Of a stretch of DNA of 45,802 bases, positions 24,937-37,939 are shown in pieces (within the stretch, counting starts at the first letter, position 1; the number at the start of each line of letters is the position of its first letter). The stretch is taken from assembly GCF_001194135.2 (NCBI RefSeq), contig NC_068983.1:98820151-98865952 (forward strand). Direction: 5' to 3'. A model generated the notes under the pieces. The model was not told the DNA's origin and did not search any database. It saw nothing but the letters and a program-made list of their open reading frames with translations. The stretch is from Octopus bimaculoides (taxonomy: Eukaryota). The position numbers and the translations under genes were made by a program.

Positions 24937-25248
24937 TGTTTATAATAACACACACACACAGATAATTTCTTTTGCTTGTTCTTCCATCCCAACATGGGTT
25001 GACTGAGACTAGTTGAGAGAGCATTTTATAGCTTTTCTCTAATACCAATGCTCAATTGTTTATCAAGAAAAATTCTTTACTTTACTTCCTCACACATCAA
25101 GCTGCTGCCAAACGTTTTGTACATATAACTGTGTGACTGACTACTGCATAGCACCTTGGTTAAGTGTCTTCTATTATTGCCTGAAGCCAACCAGAGCCTT
25201 GTGAATGGATTTGACTGATGGAAACTGGAAGACATCCACTGTGTATGC

Positions 25249-25283
<35 letters not shown>

Positions 25284-25284
25284 A

Positions 25285-25499
25285 TCCTTTTTACTTCAGG
25301 CACAAGGCTTGAAATTTGGTGGGAGGGGACTAGTCAATTACATCGACTCCAGCACTTGATTGATACTTATTTCATTGACCATGAAAGGATGAAAGGCAAA
25401 GTTGACCTCAGTGGAATTTGAACTCAGAATGTAGTGAGGGGTGAAATACTGCTAAGCATTTTGCCCAGCAAGCTGATGATTCTGCCAGCTCACTGCCTC

Positions 25500-25547
<48 letters not shown>

Positions 25548-25745
25548 CCTTTCTACTATCTGCACAAGGCCTGAAATTTTGGGAGGAGGAGTCAAGCTGA
25601 TTACATCGACTCCAGTGTTTCACTGGTACTTAATTTATGGACTCCAAAAGGATGAAAGGCAAAGTTGACCTCGGTGGAATTTGAACTCAGAATGTAGAGA
25701 CGGGCAAAATAGCACTTGGCATTTCATCCAGCATGCTAACGATTA
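25285..25745 (-). mobile_element. Two tandem SINE-B copies separated by (AAT)n
   Basis: 25285-25500 and 25545-25745, with (AAT)n at 25500-25545. Confidence 0.8.
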
Positions 25746-26029
25746 ATAATAATAATAACAACAACAAAATGAACTGTTGAAGATGACATGAGTGTTCAAT
25801 TTTTGTTAAACGACCTGCACAAAAAATGATTTGTTTATAGTGATCAAATGTGTGTGCTGTACATTAATTCACCCCCTTCNNNNNNNNNNNNNNNNNNNNN
25901 NNNNNNNNNNNNNNNNNNNNNNNNNNNNNNNNNNNNNNNNNNNNNNNNNNNNNNNNNNNNNNNNNNNNNNNNNNNNNNNNNNNNNNNNNNNNNNNNNNNN
26001 NNNNNNNNNNNNNNNNNNNNNNNTATAAA

Positions 26030-26746
26030 GAGAGAGAGAGACTAAAGTGTACGTACGCCGCTATATTTTTATATATAAAAAATACAAGAATGGGACAAGA
26101 ACGCAAAACATCCAGACAGATGTTACAAAGAAAACAAGGCTAGGTCATTCGGAGTTTTCTTTCCTCAGTCGAGTTCCAGATTATCTTTGCAATTTTGGCT
26201 GGTTATACTCAAAATTGCTCCAATCTGGCCAGCCCCAAGGAAAAACTAAGCTAAGATCATTAGATTCCTTGGAAGAAAGCAGCGAATGTATACGAAAACA
26301 AGGACGGAAAAAAATGGAGAAATGTTACACAAATACAAATAATAGGACATAACAACAGGTGACTTTTGACTAAGGACGAATTAAATTAAGCTGGCGTGTG
26401 TGGAAGTAAAGACTTATAGCAGGGACATAATATTTGACAGGCACAGGGAGGAATGGTAGTCAAACCAAGAAAGAAAGGTCAGGCTTGGCTGAACACCGGT
26501 CTGTGGAGAGAGAAGAGAGAGAGGTAGAGGCAGAGGGAAAGAGGAATTAAGGAGGGGCGAGAAAAAAATGAAAGGGACACAGTGAAGTGAAAGAGGAGGG
26601 AAAGTGAGCATGAAGAGAAGGCCAGGAAATGTGAGAGAGGGGGAATGAAAGAACAAAGAGTGGAATGAATGAAGTAAGTGTGAAAGGGCTGATAGAAAGA
26701 ATGAAAGAATAATAGAGTTGTACAAAATTTAGATATAAGTAAGTCT

Positions 26747-26793
<47 letters not shown>

Positions 26794-26945
26794 TCTTACA
26801 TATAAGAGACCAAAGGGTACATACACCGCTATATCTTTATATATAAAAGATACAAGAATGGGACAAGAATGAAAAACATCCAGACTGTTAGGTGATACAA
26901 AAAAGGGACAACAAAACATCCAGACAGATGATACAAAGAAAACAA
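26030..26945. mobile_element. Element with direct terminal repeats (about 26030-26140 and 26800-26945) around a purine-rich body, Penelope-like organisation
   Basis: Shared gctatat..ttatatataaaa..tacaagaatgggacaagaa..aaaacatccagacagatg.tacaaagaaaacaag; (TA)n precedes the second repeat. Confidence 0.45.
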
Positions 26946-27068
26946 GCACAACTGGTACTTATTTTTCAACCCCGAAAGGATGAAAGGCAAAGTAACCTCG
27001 GCAGAATTTGAACTCAGAACATAAAGACAGGTGAAATAGCACTAAGCATTTTGCCTGGTGTGCTAACT

Positions 27069-27399
27069 CCTTTGACACACGGATAGTAATGAAGGAAGGC
27101 AAAAAAATAGATAAATACAATCCTCTTAAGTACGAAATAGCCTTGCTATGGAAAATGAAGAAGGTGAAGATAGTGCCAGTTATTGTTGGGTCCTTGGGGA
27201 CAGTATCAGAAGGAATATAAAGAAAATCAGAATAGAGTACCCAGTAAAGCTGTTACAAAATGTTTACCTCCTTGGTATAGCTAGAACAATCAGAAAAGTA
27301 TTAGATAACTGAAAAGAACAGCATGGTACTGCAGCTGCAGGTAGCAAGCCCGCAACACATGCAAAACTCCAGGAGTTCCAACAAAACCACAGTTAAGAG

Positions 27400-27430
<31 letters not shown>
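27069..27430 (+). mobile_element. 3' end of an R4/Dong-clade non-LTR retrotransposon (restriction-like endonuclease C-terminus, 3' UTR, (AAT)n tail)
   Basis: PFDTRIVMKEGKKIDKYNPLKYEIALLWKMKKVKIVPVIVGSLGTV...KIRIEYPVKLLQNVYLLGIARTIRKVLDN* (stop 27310-27312); (AAT)10 at 27401-27430. Confidence 0.8.
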
Positions 27431-28464
27431 TTTAATGTCCAATTTTCCATGCTTGTATGAGCTGGTTAATATTTGTTGAGGTGAATTTTCTACAACTGGA
27501 TGCCCTTCCTGTTGTCAACCCTCAGCTGTTTTCAAGTAAGGTAATATTTCCTGATTTACCAGGCATGTTTTCACGTAAGATTGGAAATAAAGAACACCAC
27601 TTCTAAGATGGTAACATTCTTTTACAAATATTATGTGATGCAAGACAGTAACACACACACACATTTACATGATGAGCTTTTTTAACCTTCATTTTCTGAC
27701 TACCAAATCCACTCACAAGCCTTTGGTCAGCCAGGGGCTATAGTAGAAGAAACTTGCCCAAGATTCCAAGCAGTGCATCTGAACCTGAAACCATGTGGTT
27801 GGGAAGCAAACTTCTTACCACACAGCCAAGCCTGAGCCAAAGTTAATCATGACCTGCGTGTATACAGATACAGATATACACAAATATATATTATATATAC
27901 ATATAAATATTGATACAAAGCCAGTGTTTAAGTTGATTACATCAACCCCAGTGTTCAACTGGTACTTATTTAATTGACCCCAAAGGGATGACAGGCAAAG
28001 TCAAACTTAGCAGAATTTGAACTAAGAAGCAAAGATGGACAAAATGTCACTAACCATTTTGCCTAGCATGCTAACAATTTTTCCAGCTCGCTGTCTTATA
28101 AATACATAAAAATATTATATTAAACACACACACACACACATATATATATATAATATAATATACATATTTTATATTAAATATACACACACATACACACAGA
28201 ACAACAAGGCACATAATAATAAATAGAATATATCATAATTAGTGACACACACACGTGTAATCCAAAAGCATATCCATTTGATTTAATTAGAAACAAGAAG
28301 AAATTCTTGTAAAGAAAGGCTGAGTCAATTAAATGCATTTCAGATATAAAGTTACATTCAATTAACTGTAGCCCAGATACAAGAGTACAGATAACTAAAT
28401 GTAGCCCAGACATACAACATATAATTGACTAAAGGAGGCATAAATTCAGGGTTATGGTCAAATA

Positions 28465-28830
28465 ACAGTGGCGCATGGGAAAGGGATTATAGTCAGCAAT
28501 ATGTAGCCCATGTGGTTTCAGGTTCAATACTACTGTGCAAGGTATCACACCTTCGACAAGTGTCTTCTACTATAGCCCCAGGCCAACCAAAGCCTTGTGA
28601 GTGAATATGGCAAGTGGAAACTGTGTGGAAGCCTTTCCTATATATGTGTGTCCTCTACTATGACCACCGGTGTTGGTTTATTTACATTCACGTAACTTAA
28701 CTGTTTGGCAAAAGAGACTGATAAATTAAGTACAATATTTAAAAATAAGCACTGGGGGCGATTTGCTCCCCTAAACTCATCCAAGGTGGTACCCCAATAA
28801 CAACAGACCTCTAACTGAAACAAGTAAGAG
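28465..28830 (+). mobile_element. SINE-A, plus orientation
   Basis: Head ...ggttcaatactactg..., tail ctgaaacaagtaagaga. Confidence 0.75.
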
Positions 28831-28879
28831 ACAAAAAAGAAAAACGATATATTTACTTTTAAGTACAGTCAGCAAAATA

Positions 28880-29370
28880 CAGCACATGTATAGGTATAAT
28901 GCATATTTAGGGGCATAGTTAATTGGATGTAACACATGTATAGGGATCTAGCTAACTAGATGAGGCACATGTTTAAGAGTATAGTCAACTTGATGTGGTA
29001 CATGTATAGGGGTATAGTCAACTACATGTTGCATATATGTAAGGCTACAGTCAACTGCATGTAGCACATGTATATATATATATACATGTGCTATATCTAT
29101 ATAGCACATGTATATAGATATACATGTGCTATATCTACATGGCACATGTATATCTAAATAGATGTAACTAGATGTAACACATGTAGAAGGGTATAGTTAA
29201 TTAGATGTGGGGTATAGCCAACTAGATGTGGCTATAGTCAACAGAACATGGCACATGTACAGGGCTGTTGCCAATTAAAAAGAGACACCTGTTTCAGTGG
29301 GTATAGACAACTACATGTGGGATGTGTTTACAGTGCAGTGAACTGAATGCGATACATGTGTGACATGAAT
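28880..29370. repeat. Degenerate 32-33-bp minisatellite (ggggtatagtcaactagatgtggcacatgtata) with an internal inverted-repeat cluster
   Basis: About 10-12 recognisable units; palindromic core 29062-29150. Confidence 0.8.
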
Positions 29371-29559
29371 TTAAACCATGAACGAAAGAGTAAATACTGT
29401 TAAGTTATTCAGTTCCACAAATCAACTGAAGTTTAATACACTCAAAAGTCACAATACAAATTTAGAGGCGGGGGTGGAAGAGATACAATGGATATTGTGG
29501 TGGCGGTAGTGATTTATAATAGTATATAAAAGTGATGTGTAAGGATTGGCATATGTGTA

Positions 29560-29945
29560 TCTTTTATCTTTAACTTGTTTCAGTCATTAGACCGTGGCCA
29601 TGCTGGGGCAGGGCACTGCCTTAAACTTTCGGTTGAATATATCGACCCCAGAACTAATTTTTTTAAAGCATGGTGCTTATTCTATTGGTCTCTTTTGCCG
29701 AAACACTAAATTATGGAAACATAAACACACCAGTACCAGTTGTCAAGTGGTGGTAGGGGACAGACACAAAGACACACACACACATGTATATATATACGAT
29801 GGGCTTCTTTCAGTTTCCATTTATCAAATCTACTCACAAGGGTTTGGTTGGCCTGAGGTAAAAGTAAAAGACACTTGCCCACGGTGTCATACAGTGGGAT
29901 TGAAGCTGGAACCGTGTGGTTGGGAAGCAAACTTCTTACCATGGC
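29560..29945 (-). mobile_element. SINE-A, near full length
   Basis: Diagnostic motifs. Confidence 0.82.
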
Positions 29946-30185
29946 ATCATGTGGAGATTATAATGATATAAAAGTGGTAGTCTGTGGTGTGTACATGCAT
30001 GCATGTGTGTGTGTGTGTGTGTGTGTGTGTGAGACAGTAGTATGATGGAGGATGCATATAATATAGTATGGAAGTAGTATGCAAAATGGTACTGGAAGAG
30101 GGTGCAGAGGGAGGGAGCTGTGATTGTTATCAGCAGATGGAAAACAAACAAGAAATAACCTACAGAAGTCCAGACAAGAGAGGGG

Positions 30186-30235
<50 letters not shown>

Positions 30236-31825
30236 GGCAAACAAATACAAAATAAAAACTATATCAAACCTATTTCTGATGCTGATAAATTATGGAATGA
30301 CCATTACACATTAGTCCCCCACCCTCCAGCGCACTGGGGCAGGCTGTTACTAATGCCACCAATGCCATACTGTACCATCAAATAGTTAGAATTATTTGAC
30401 ACATCACACACAAGGACATTGTTAGAGTCATACTGTTGTCACACATCAGTTGTCTAGTGATATCGACTAGACAGGAACATGTCTAAGGTAGCAGCGGCAG
30501 CAGTATAGTCTCTCTCTCTCTCTCTTTTATCCACTGTTGTCACTGATGTTTCTATGTGCTTATTAAGTGTACATATTTCATGTTAGTTACCACTGTATTG
30601 TCAGTGAGTGTGTGTGGGATTGAGTCATATGTTTTACTTCTCTCTATATGTGAGTTTATATGCGTGTATGTGTGTGTGTGTGTGTGTGTATTACTTGTAC
30701 ATGACAGATGACTGTCTAAAAATGTATGCACTGTATTTTAGCTGTATGTATGTGTGTTTGTGTGCGTGGAGTAGAGGAATATTGGTCTGAATGAAATAAG
30801 GATTTGATACAAGATCTGTCGATAACTTACGGTTTGAAATGCAGTAGTACACAGGGCTGGATGTGGTGGTGTTGTAGCGTAAATATATACACACTAGTGG
30901 AGTAATAACGCTTGGAAAGGAAATGATGTGCTGTACAGTCCAGGAGTATCGTCGTGTTAAGTGGGATGGCAAGGTAGCACCGGGGGGGGGGGGGTGCACA
31001 GACAGGAATAGAAGTACAGTGGGACAGAACAGCAGAGTGGTATGTACATAAGCAAGAAGATGGTGTGGTGGTTTCATGGTTTTGTGGTGTGGTGCATAAA
31101 CACAAACGGAGGTAGTGTGTAGTGATGTGTAGTGGATGTTTATGGTAGAGCTGGTGTTAAAGTTCAGAAGGGGATAAAAATCAAGTTACCAAAATGTTAT
31201 GGCAGCATAGTGTATATTTTTTACTACTGTCCCCTAATAGGAGATGGAAGATCGACAGGCTTGGCATAATTTCCTGGAATTAGCATGCAGCATTCCCTTC
31301 AAACTACACCAAACAATCTTACAGTGCAGATATTGTATAATGTAGTCTTGCATAAGCTGCTTGAAAAGAACTTAAATCTCAACTTAACCCTTTTGCACTT
31401 CAGCCATATCCGGGCTTAAATGTATTATCTGTTTTACTTTCAAGCCTTTAGCATTTCAGCCATATCTGACTCAAATGAATTACCTGTTTTATATTCAAAC
31501 TAGCTAGATCAGGCCTGTTGCACCTACCCTACAATGTCATTCTAAAAAATAAACAACCATATTATAGAAATCTCAAAGCTACAAGATAATGCTTTGTTAA
31601 TTCAAAACAATGTGAATAAATAAGCATTGCATTTGACAGAGTAATCTGAGTGCTAAAGAGTGAAATGTCTCTGACCAGGATTGATCTAGGGTCGAGTAAT
31701 TACATGAAGAGATGTTCTGTCTATTGTACTTAGAGTATTTGCAGGTAAAGGGAATGAGAACAGAGGAGCAGAAAGGCTGCAGGAAATGAATAGCTGCAGG
31801 GGCTTATTTATTTATTTATTTATTT

Positions 31826-31870
<45 letters not shown>

Positions 31871-31874
31871 ATGC

Positions 31875-32500
31875 ACAGGAAGATGTACCACTTATGACAT
31901 ATTTCTAGTAGTACCTTACATCAGCAACTTGAAGGCCTTTTACAGGGTCCCTCACTCTGTGATCTGGTGGTTGCTAAAGAAGTTAGAGATAGATAAATGG
32001 TTTGTGAAGGTCAAACAAATAGTATACAGAGGTAGAGCTAACAAAGGAAGATTCAGCAATGACTTCAGCAAAGAGAATTCAGCATGCAGGTAAGGGTTTG
32101 TCAGAGCTCAGCTTTCAACCCTCTAAGCCATAACAGGAATTTAAGGCTAAATGTCCTTGACAATTCCTGTATGTTGAGGACTTAAGTTTTGCAAAAGAAC
32201 TTGCAAAAGATTTGGAGCAGAAATTCTAAACATGGAGGCAAAACTCAGAAACAAAGAATGTTAAAATCAACTTAGCAGAGATTAAAGTTTTAGTAAGTAG
32301 GAAAGAAGACAAGACACTAATACCACAGAAGTGGTTGTGCTTGGTATGCGGAAAAGTTGTTGGTAAAAATTGCAAGAGGTATGCCCAAGGTAAAAAAATA
32401 GACACACCTGATTTTCAGTGGAATTTACAAGCAGGGCAACAAAGATGATAAATTCCATTTTTAGCTGGTGTACTGGAGTAAGAGGCATTAAGAACACTTA
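31875..32500 (+). mobile_element. Decayed RTE-clade LINE reverse-transcriptase fragment
   Basis: LKAFYRVPHSVIWWLLKKLEIDKWFV (cf. LEKAFDRVP...LGVDEWLV), QSSAFNPL (cf. QGSVLSPL), KVLVSRKEDKTLIP..WLCLVCGK; frameshifted. Confidence 0.8.
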
Positions 32501-34109
32501 AGGAAATAGATTCTCTCAATTATCTGAACCACTCTTGAAGAGGTGTTACTCACCACTGACATCTTTTTGCCCAGGTCACTTTTTATTGACGGCTATCACT
32601 TTGTTTTGTGTTCTTGAGCAAAGCACTTCATTTCACATTGCTCCAGTTCACCCAGCTGGCAAAAATGAGTAATCCTGTCCAGGTGAGGAATATATATACC
32701 ATGGAAACTGGGAAAACTGGCCTTATGAGTCTATGACTTGGGAAGGAACTGCACTTTTTTTCATTATGCTCTCACCTACCAGCAAACATTATCATCTCCA
32801 CTGCTATACTAATTGTTGTTGATACCTCTCTTCCTCTACATCACTCTTTATTGATATCCATCACACTCTATTACTACAGAGCATTTCTACAACTATCCCA
32901 CTACTTGTTCTCTTTCCTTTATCTGCAAACATGTAACAGTTATTAGTGTCTCTATCCTGTTACCCTAGGCCATTACTGTTTCTCTCATTACACCCTACTT
33001 TTACTACCTCTCCTCATCAGTTTTCAATAATTGCCTCTCTCATTTCTCCTTTGTCTCTCTTCCTCAACACTTTCTTTCCAATCAATCTCTTTCCTCTCCT
33101 TTGCTCCTCCAAGTTCACCTTCTGCCATCATCCTCTTCTCTCTACCTATAGAGAGTCATGTTGCCTTGAACAAACAAAGACAATACAGAACAGTAAGGGT
33201 GTTCAAGGCAACTTCACTAATACTGGTGCCATGATATACTTAGTACACATTGTAAAGTGGATGACAAACAAATGGTAACATCAAAGGATTGACTGGGCTC
33301 CTTAGTCATGTTGAGAACATGACAACCTCTCTAGTGCTGGTGTCATAATAAAATGTATCAATTTACACTGTGGTCATTGATGAATAAGGAGACATCATAG
33401 GACCAGGACCTTTTAATCTTGTCATGGATGTGACAACTCCTTTAATGTTAGTTCCATAATAAAATGCACCCAGTATACTCTATAGAGCACTAGGAAGGAT
33501 GTCCAGCTGTAGAAACAATACTCAACAATGTCATTCTAAAAACAAATAATCACATCATCGAAATCTTCAAGCAACGAGATAAAATGTTTAATTCAAAACA
33601 ATGTGAATAAATAAGCATTACATTTGACAGAATAATCTGAATGCTAAAGGGTTAAAATAATTAAAAATAAAAATGGTGGGGGTGACTTCAGAAGAGAGAT
33701 TTAGCTGTTTTTTTTTTGTTTTTTTTTAAAACAGATCAAGCAAACACAGAAACTTATAGCTACATAGCTATTACAGTTAAACACATGGTGAAAGGAAAGA
33801 CTAAAAAGTATATATATATATATATATTTTTAAAAATCACAATTTTTAGGATTCAAGTGAAAATTGAATGAGTCAAATGTAGTGTGAAACTATATATTAG
33901 CACTAAATTACACACCATCCTTAATCCATTTTTTTTTTTCCAAATGATCTTTGGATTTTTAAGTTTTAAAAATTAAAAATTCAATGCTATTCATCATTAC
34001 ATCTCATATGTATATTTGGTTGTTTTGATCTTGTTTAGACATACATATATCTCCATTCATATATATATTTTCTGAAAACTTTCATATAACTAATTGCACT
34101 TTTATCATT

Positions 34110-34800
34110 CATCTTTTCTTTTACTTCATTCAATCATAAGACCAGTCATGCTAGAGCACTGCCTCAAAGGATTTAGTCAAACAGATCAGCCTCCAGTACT
34201 TAATTTTTAAAAGTCTGCTACTCATTCAATTGGTCTCTTTTACTGAACCACTAAAATATGGAGATGTCCCCCAAACAAACCAATACCAGTTCTTGGTGTT
34301 GGTTTGTTTGGGGGACAAACACACACACACACACACATATACATGACAGGCTCTTTTCAGTTTCTTCTCACAAAGCTTTGGTTGAACTGGGGCCATAGTT
34401 GAAGACACTTTGCCCAATATGCAACACAGTAGGACCGAACTCAAAATGATGTGGTTGGAAAGCAGTCTTCTTACCACACAGCCATGCTTAACTTATTATA
34501 AAATGTGATTTCTGAACTCTTGCCAGTGCTGACCATAAAGCTGCAGGCATGGCTGTGAGGTTAAGAAGCTTACTTTGCAACTATATGGTTTCAGGTTCAA
34601 TCCCCTTGCATGGGCAAGTACAGACTTGGGCCAAGCAATGCCAAGAGACTGAATCTGGTGAATGGAAACTATGTGGAAGCCTATCATATAAAATATGTGT
34701 GTGTGTGATTGTCCTCTCCACTGTTTGACAACTGATGTTGGCTTGTTTATGTCCCTGTAACTTAGGAGTTTGGCAAAAGAGGCTAGTAGAATAAGTACCA
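34110..34800. mobile_element. Head-to-head SINE-A pair: 34110-34488 (-) and 34546-34800 (+)
   Basis: cttaccacacagccatgc (34470-34488) faces gcatggctgtgaggttaag (from 34547). Confidence 0.78.
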
Positions 34801-36074
34801 GACTTAACCTACTGGAATTTAAACCAGCCCTATCTGACCCAAATATTCTAGCTGTTTGATATTCAAACTGGCCAGATCTGGCCTCTCACACCTGCCTGAG
34901 AATGGCATTCTAAAAGCAAAACAATCACATCATCAGAATCTCAAAGCTATGAAATAATGCATCCCTAATTCAAAACAATGTGAATAAATAAACCTTACAC
35001 CTAATAGAGTAATCTGAATGCTAAAGGGTTAAAAAAAAAAAGTACTCAGGTTCAATTTATTCAACTAAAAGCTGGCCACAGTCATTGAGTGAAACAAGTA
35101 AAAAAATGTAAGATCACATAAAAACTAAAACGTAATACAAACTGAACATTAAACATTAATACACAATTTTAGTAAATGCCATGAAATAATCATGAACTTG
35201 TTTGTAGATGATATCACCCAATTGATACAAATTAAATTTTATTCCTAGCTGTTTTGCACAATACCTGAAATTTGGTGCAGTTTTTTTTTTCTTTTCTTTT
35301 CAGCAGGTGTTTGAAGTTGTAATTACATTTTGGAATAAGTAATCTATTTGAAGTAATTTGATGTAATTTCTCATTAAAAAAGTCTATTTTACCCAATGTT
35401 TTGGATGTTATTCGTTAGATTCGTTGGTTGATTGGGTTTCAAAGAAGGAAAAGGTATTTTAAAAAAAAAACTCCTTTTGAAACTCAGAACATATTTTCCA
35501 TGTGTTAGGAATAATGATATCGGATACACATGATAGTTTGTATTGGTACAAAAATATAGACAGATATTTTCCATTTATATCTTAGTGTTGAAGTAAAACG
35601 GTTTTCTCTCTCTCTCTCTTTTTTTTTTTTTTTTTTTTTGCAATGCACAAAGCAGATATTAATCATAAAATTTTATTTTACAAACCAATATAGATAATAC
35701 TTTTTACTTGTTTCTGTTATTGCACTGCAGCCATGCTGGGGCAGTGCAGTACTTTTTTTTTTCTAAGTCTTGCACTTATTCTATCAATCTCTTTTGCTGA
35801 ACTGCTAAGTTATGGAGATGTAAACAAACACCAACGTTGAGTGGTGGGAATGGGGGTGAACAAACACACACACACACACACACATTTTACACATTTCAGT
35901 CATTGGATGGCAGCCATGTAAGGGCATCACCTTCAGGGATTTAGTCAAACAAATTGGCCCCAGTACTTTTTATTTTTAAAATCTGGTATTAATTCTATCA
36001 GTCTGTTTTGTCAAACAGGGACATAAACACTGGCTGTCAGCAGTGGCAGGGGACAACATAAACATACACACAAG

Positions 36075-36676
36075 CATGCATGTGGTAAGAAGCTTGCTTC
36101 CCAACCACATGGTTCCGGGTTCAGTCCCAAAGCATGGCACCTTGGGCTAGTGTCTTCTACTATAGCTTTGGGTCAATCAAAGCTTTGTGAGTGAATCTGC
36201 TAGACAGAAATTGAAAGAAGACTGTCATGTATGTGTGTGTGTTTTTGTGTCTGTATCTGTTCCCTACCACCACCACCACCACCACCACTCAACAACCAGT
36301 GTTGGTGTGTTTATGTCCCTACAGTTTAACAGTTTGGCAAAAGAGACTGATATAAGCACCAGGCTTAACAAGATTAAGTACTGGGGTTGATTCCTTCAGC
36401 TAAAAATTCTCCAAGGCAGTGCCCCAATATGGCCGCAGTCTAATGACGGAAACAAGTAAAAGATAAAAGATTATGTGTATTTTCTTTTACTTGTTTCAGT
36501 CATTTGACTGCAGCTATTCTGGAGCACTGAAGAAATTGATCTCAGAGGACTTATTCTATTGGTCTCTTTTGTTGAACTGCTAAGTTATGGGGATGTGGAC
36601 ACACCAACATCAGTTGTCAAGTGATGGTGGAGGGACACAGGTACAACACACATAAATATATATATATATATGTATG

Positions 36677-36709
<33 letters not shown>

Positions 36710-37345
36710 NNNNNNNNNNNNNNNNNNNNNNNNNNNNNNNNNNNNNNNNNNNNNNNNNNNNNNNNNNNNNNNNNNNNNNNNNNNNNNNNNNNNNNNNNNN
36801 NNNNNNNNNNNNNNNNNNNNNNNNNNNNNNNNNNNNNNNNNNNNNNNNNNNNNNNNNNNNNNNNNNNNNNNNNNNNNNNNNNNNNNNNNNNNNNNNNNNN
36901 NNNNNNNNNNNNNNNNNNNNNNNNNNNNNNNNNNNNNNNNNNNNNNNNNNNNNNNNNNNNNNNNNNNNNNNNNNNNNNNNNNNNNNNNNNNNNNNNNNNN
37001 NNNNNNNNNNNNNNNNNNNNNNNNNNNNNNNNNNNNNNNNNNNNNNNNNNNNNNNNNNNNNNNNNNNNNNNNNNNNNNNNNNNNNNNNNNNNNNNNNNNN
37101 NNNNNNNNNNNNNNNNNNNNNNNNNNNNNNNNNNNNNNNNNNNNNNNNNNNNNNNNNNNNNNNNNNNNNNNNNNNNNNNNNNNNNNNNNNNNNNNNNNNN
37201 NNNNNNNNNNNNNNNNNNATATATACACAACGGGCTTCTTTCAGTTTCCATTTACCAAATCCACTCTCAAGGCTTTGGTCAACCTGAAGCTACAGTAGAA
37301 GACACTTGCCCAAAATCATGTGGTTGGGAAGCAAGCTTCTTACCA
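36075..37345. mobile_element. Tail-to-tail SINE-A pair: 36075-36470 (+) and 36483-37345 (-, spans gap)
   Basis: gaaacaagtaaaaga (36449-36463) is complementary to tcttttacttgtttc (36483-36497). Confidence 0.82.
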
Positions 37346-37939
37346 CACACCCACGCCTGCACCTTTATGTAAATATATTACACTATGGGCTCCTAACACA
37401 GTTTTTGTTTACCGAATTTATTCACAAGGCATTGGTTGGCCAGGTGGAAGAATATTATGATTCTATCAAGAGTTGTCTATTTCTGAGAGTCTACTAATGC
37501 AAAAGCAGATTCAGAGAAAATGTGTAAAGTTGTCTTTGAGAAAGGAAGGGAGGGAGGGAGGTATAGGTGATATAAAGAGAAAGTGAAAAAAATGGCAGGA
37601 CAATAAATAAGAGAGAAAAGTGGAAGAGGGAGACTGAGAGAGAACAGGTATGAGATGGGATATGATAGAAAAAAAAAAAAGACTGTACATTTCTATATGT
37701 ATGCATATATGTGTGCATGCATATTTACATATGTAAATACAAACACATACAAAAATGCACATGATGTTCATTGAAAAAAAAAATAAATAAAATCATTAAG
37801 GTTCCCATTAATATGAGCATTAAGTCATTTGAATATTAATTAAGGAAGGTGGAACTAGGATTAGACAAGTGTACACACACACACATACAGGAATAAAATG
37901 CTTTTGATAGTTACAGAATAGTAATGATAATAATAAATA

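Noticed and set aside
28880-29370. CRISPR-like or 11-aa-repeat coding interpretation of the 33-bp array
   Set aside because: No unique spacers, degenerate units, eukaryotic context, indels break the frame.
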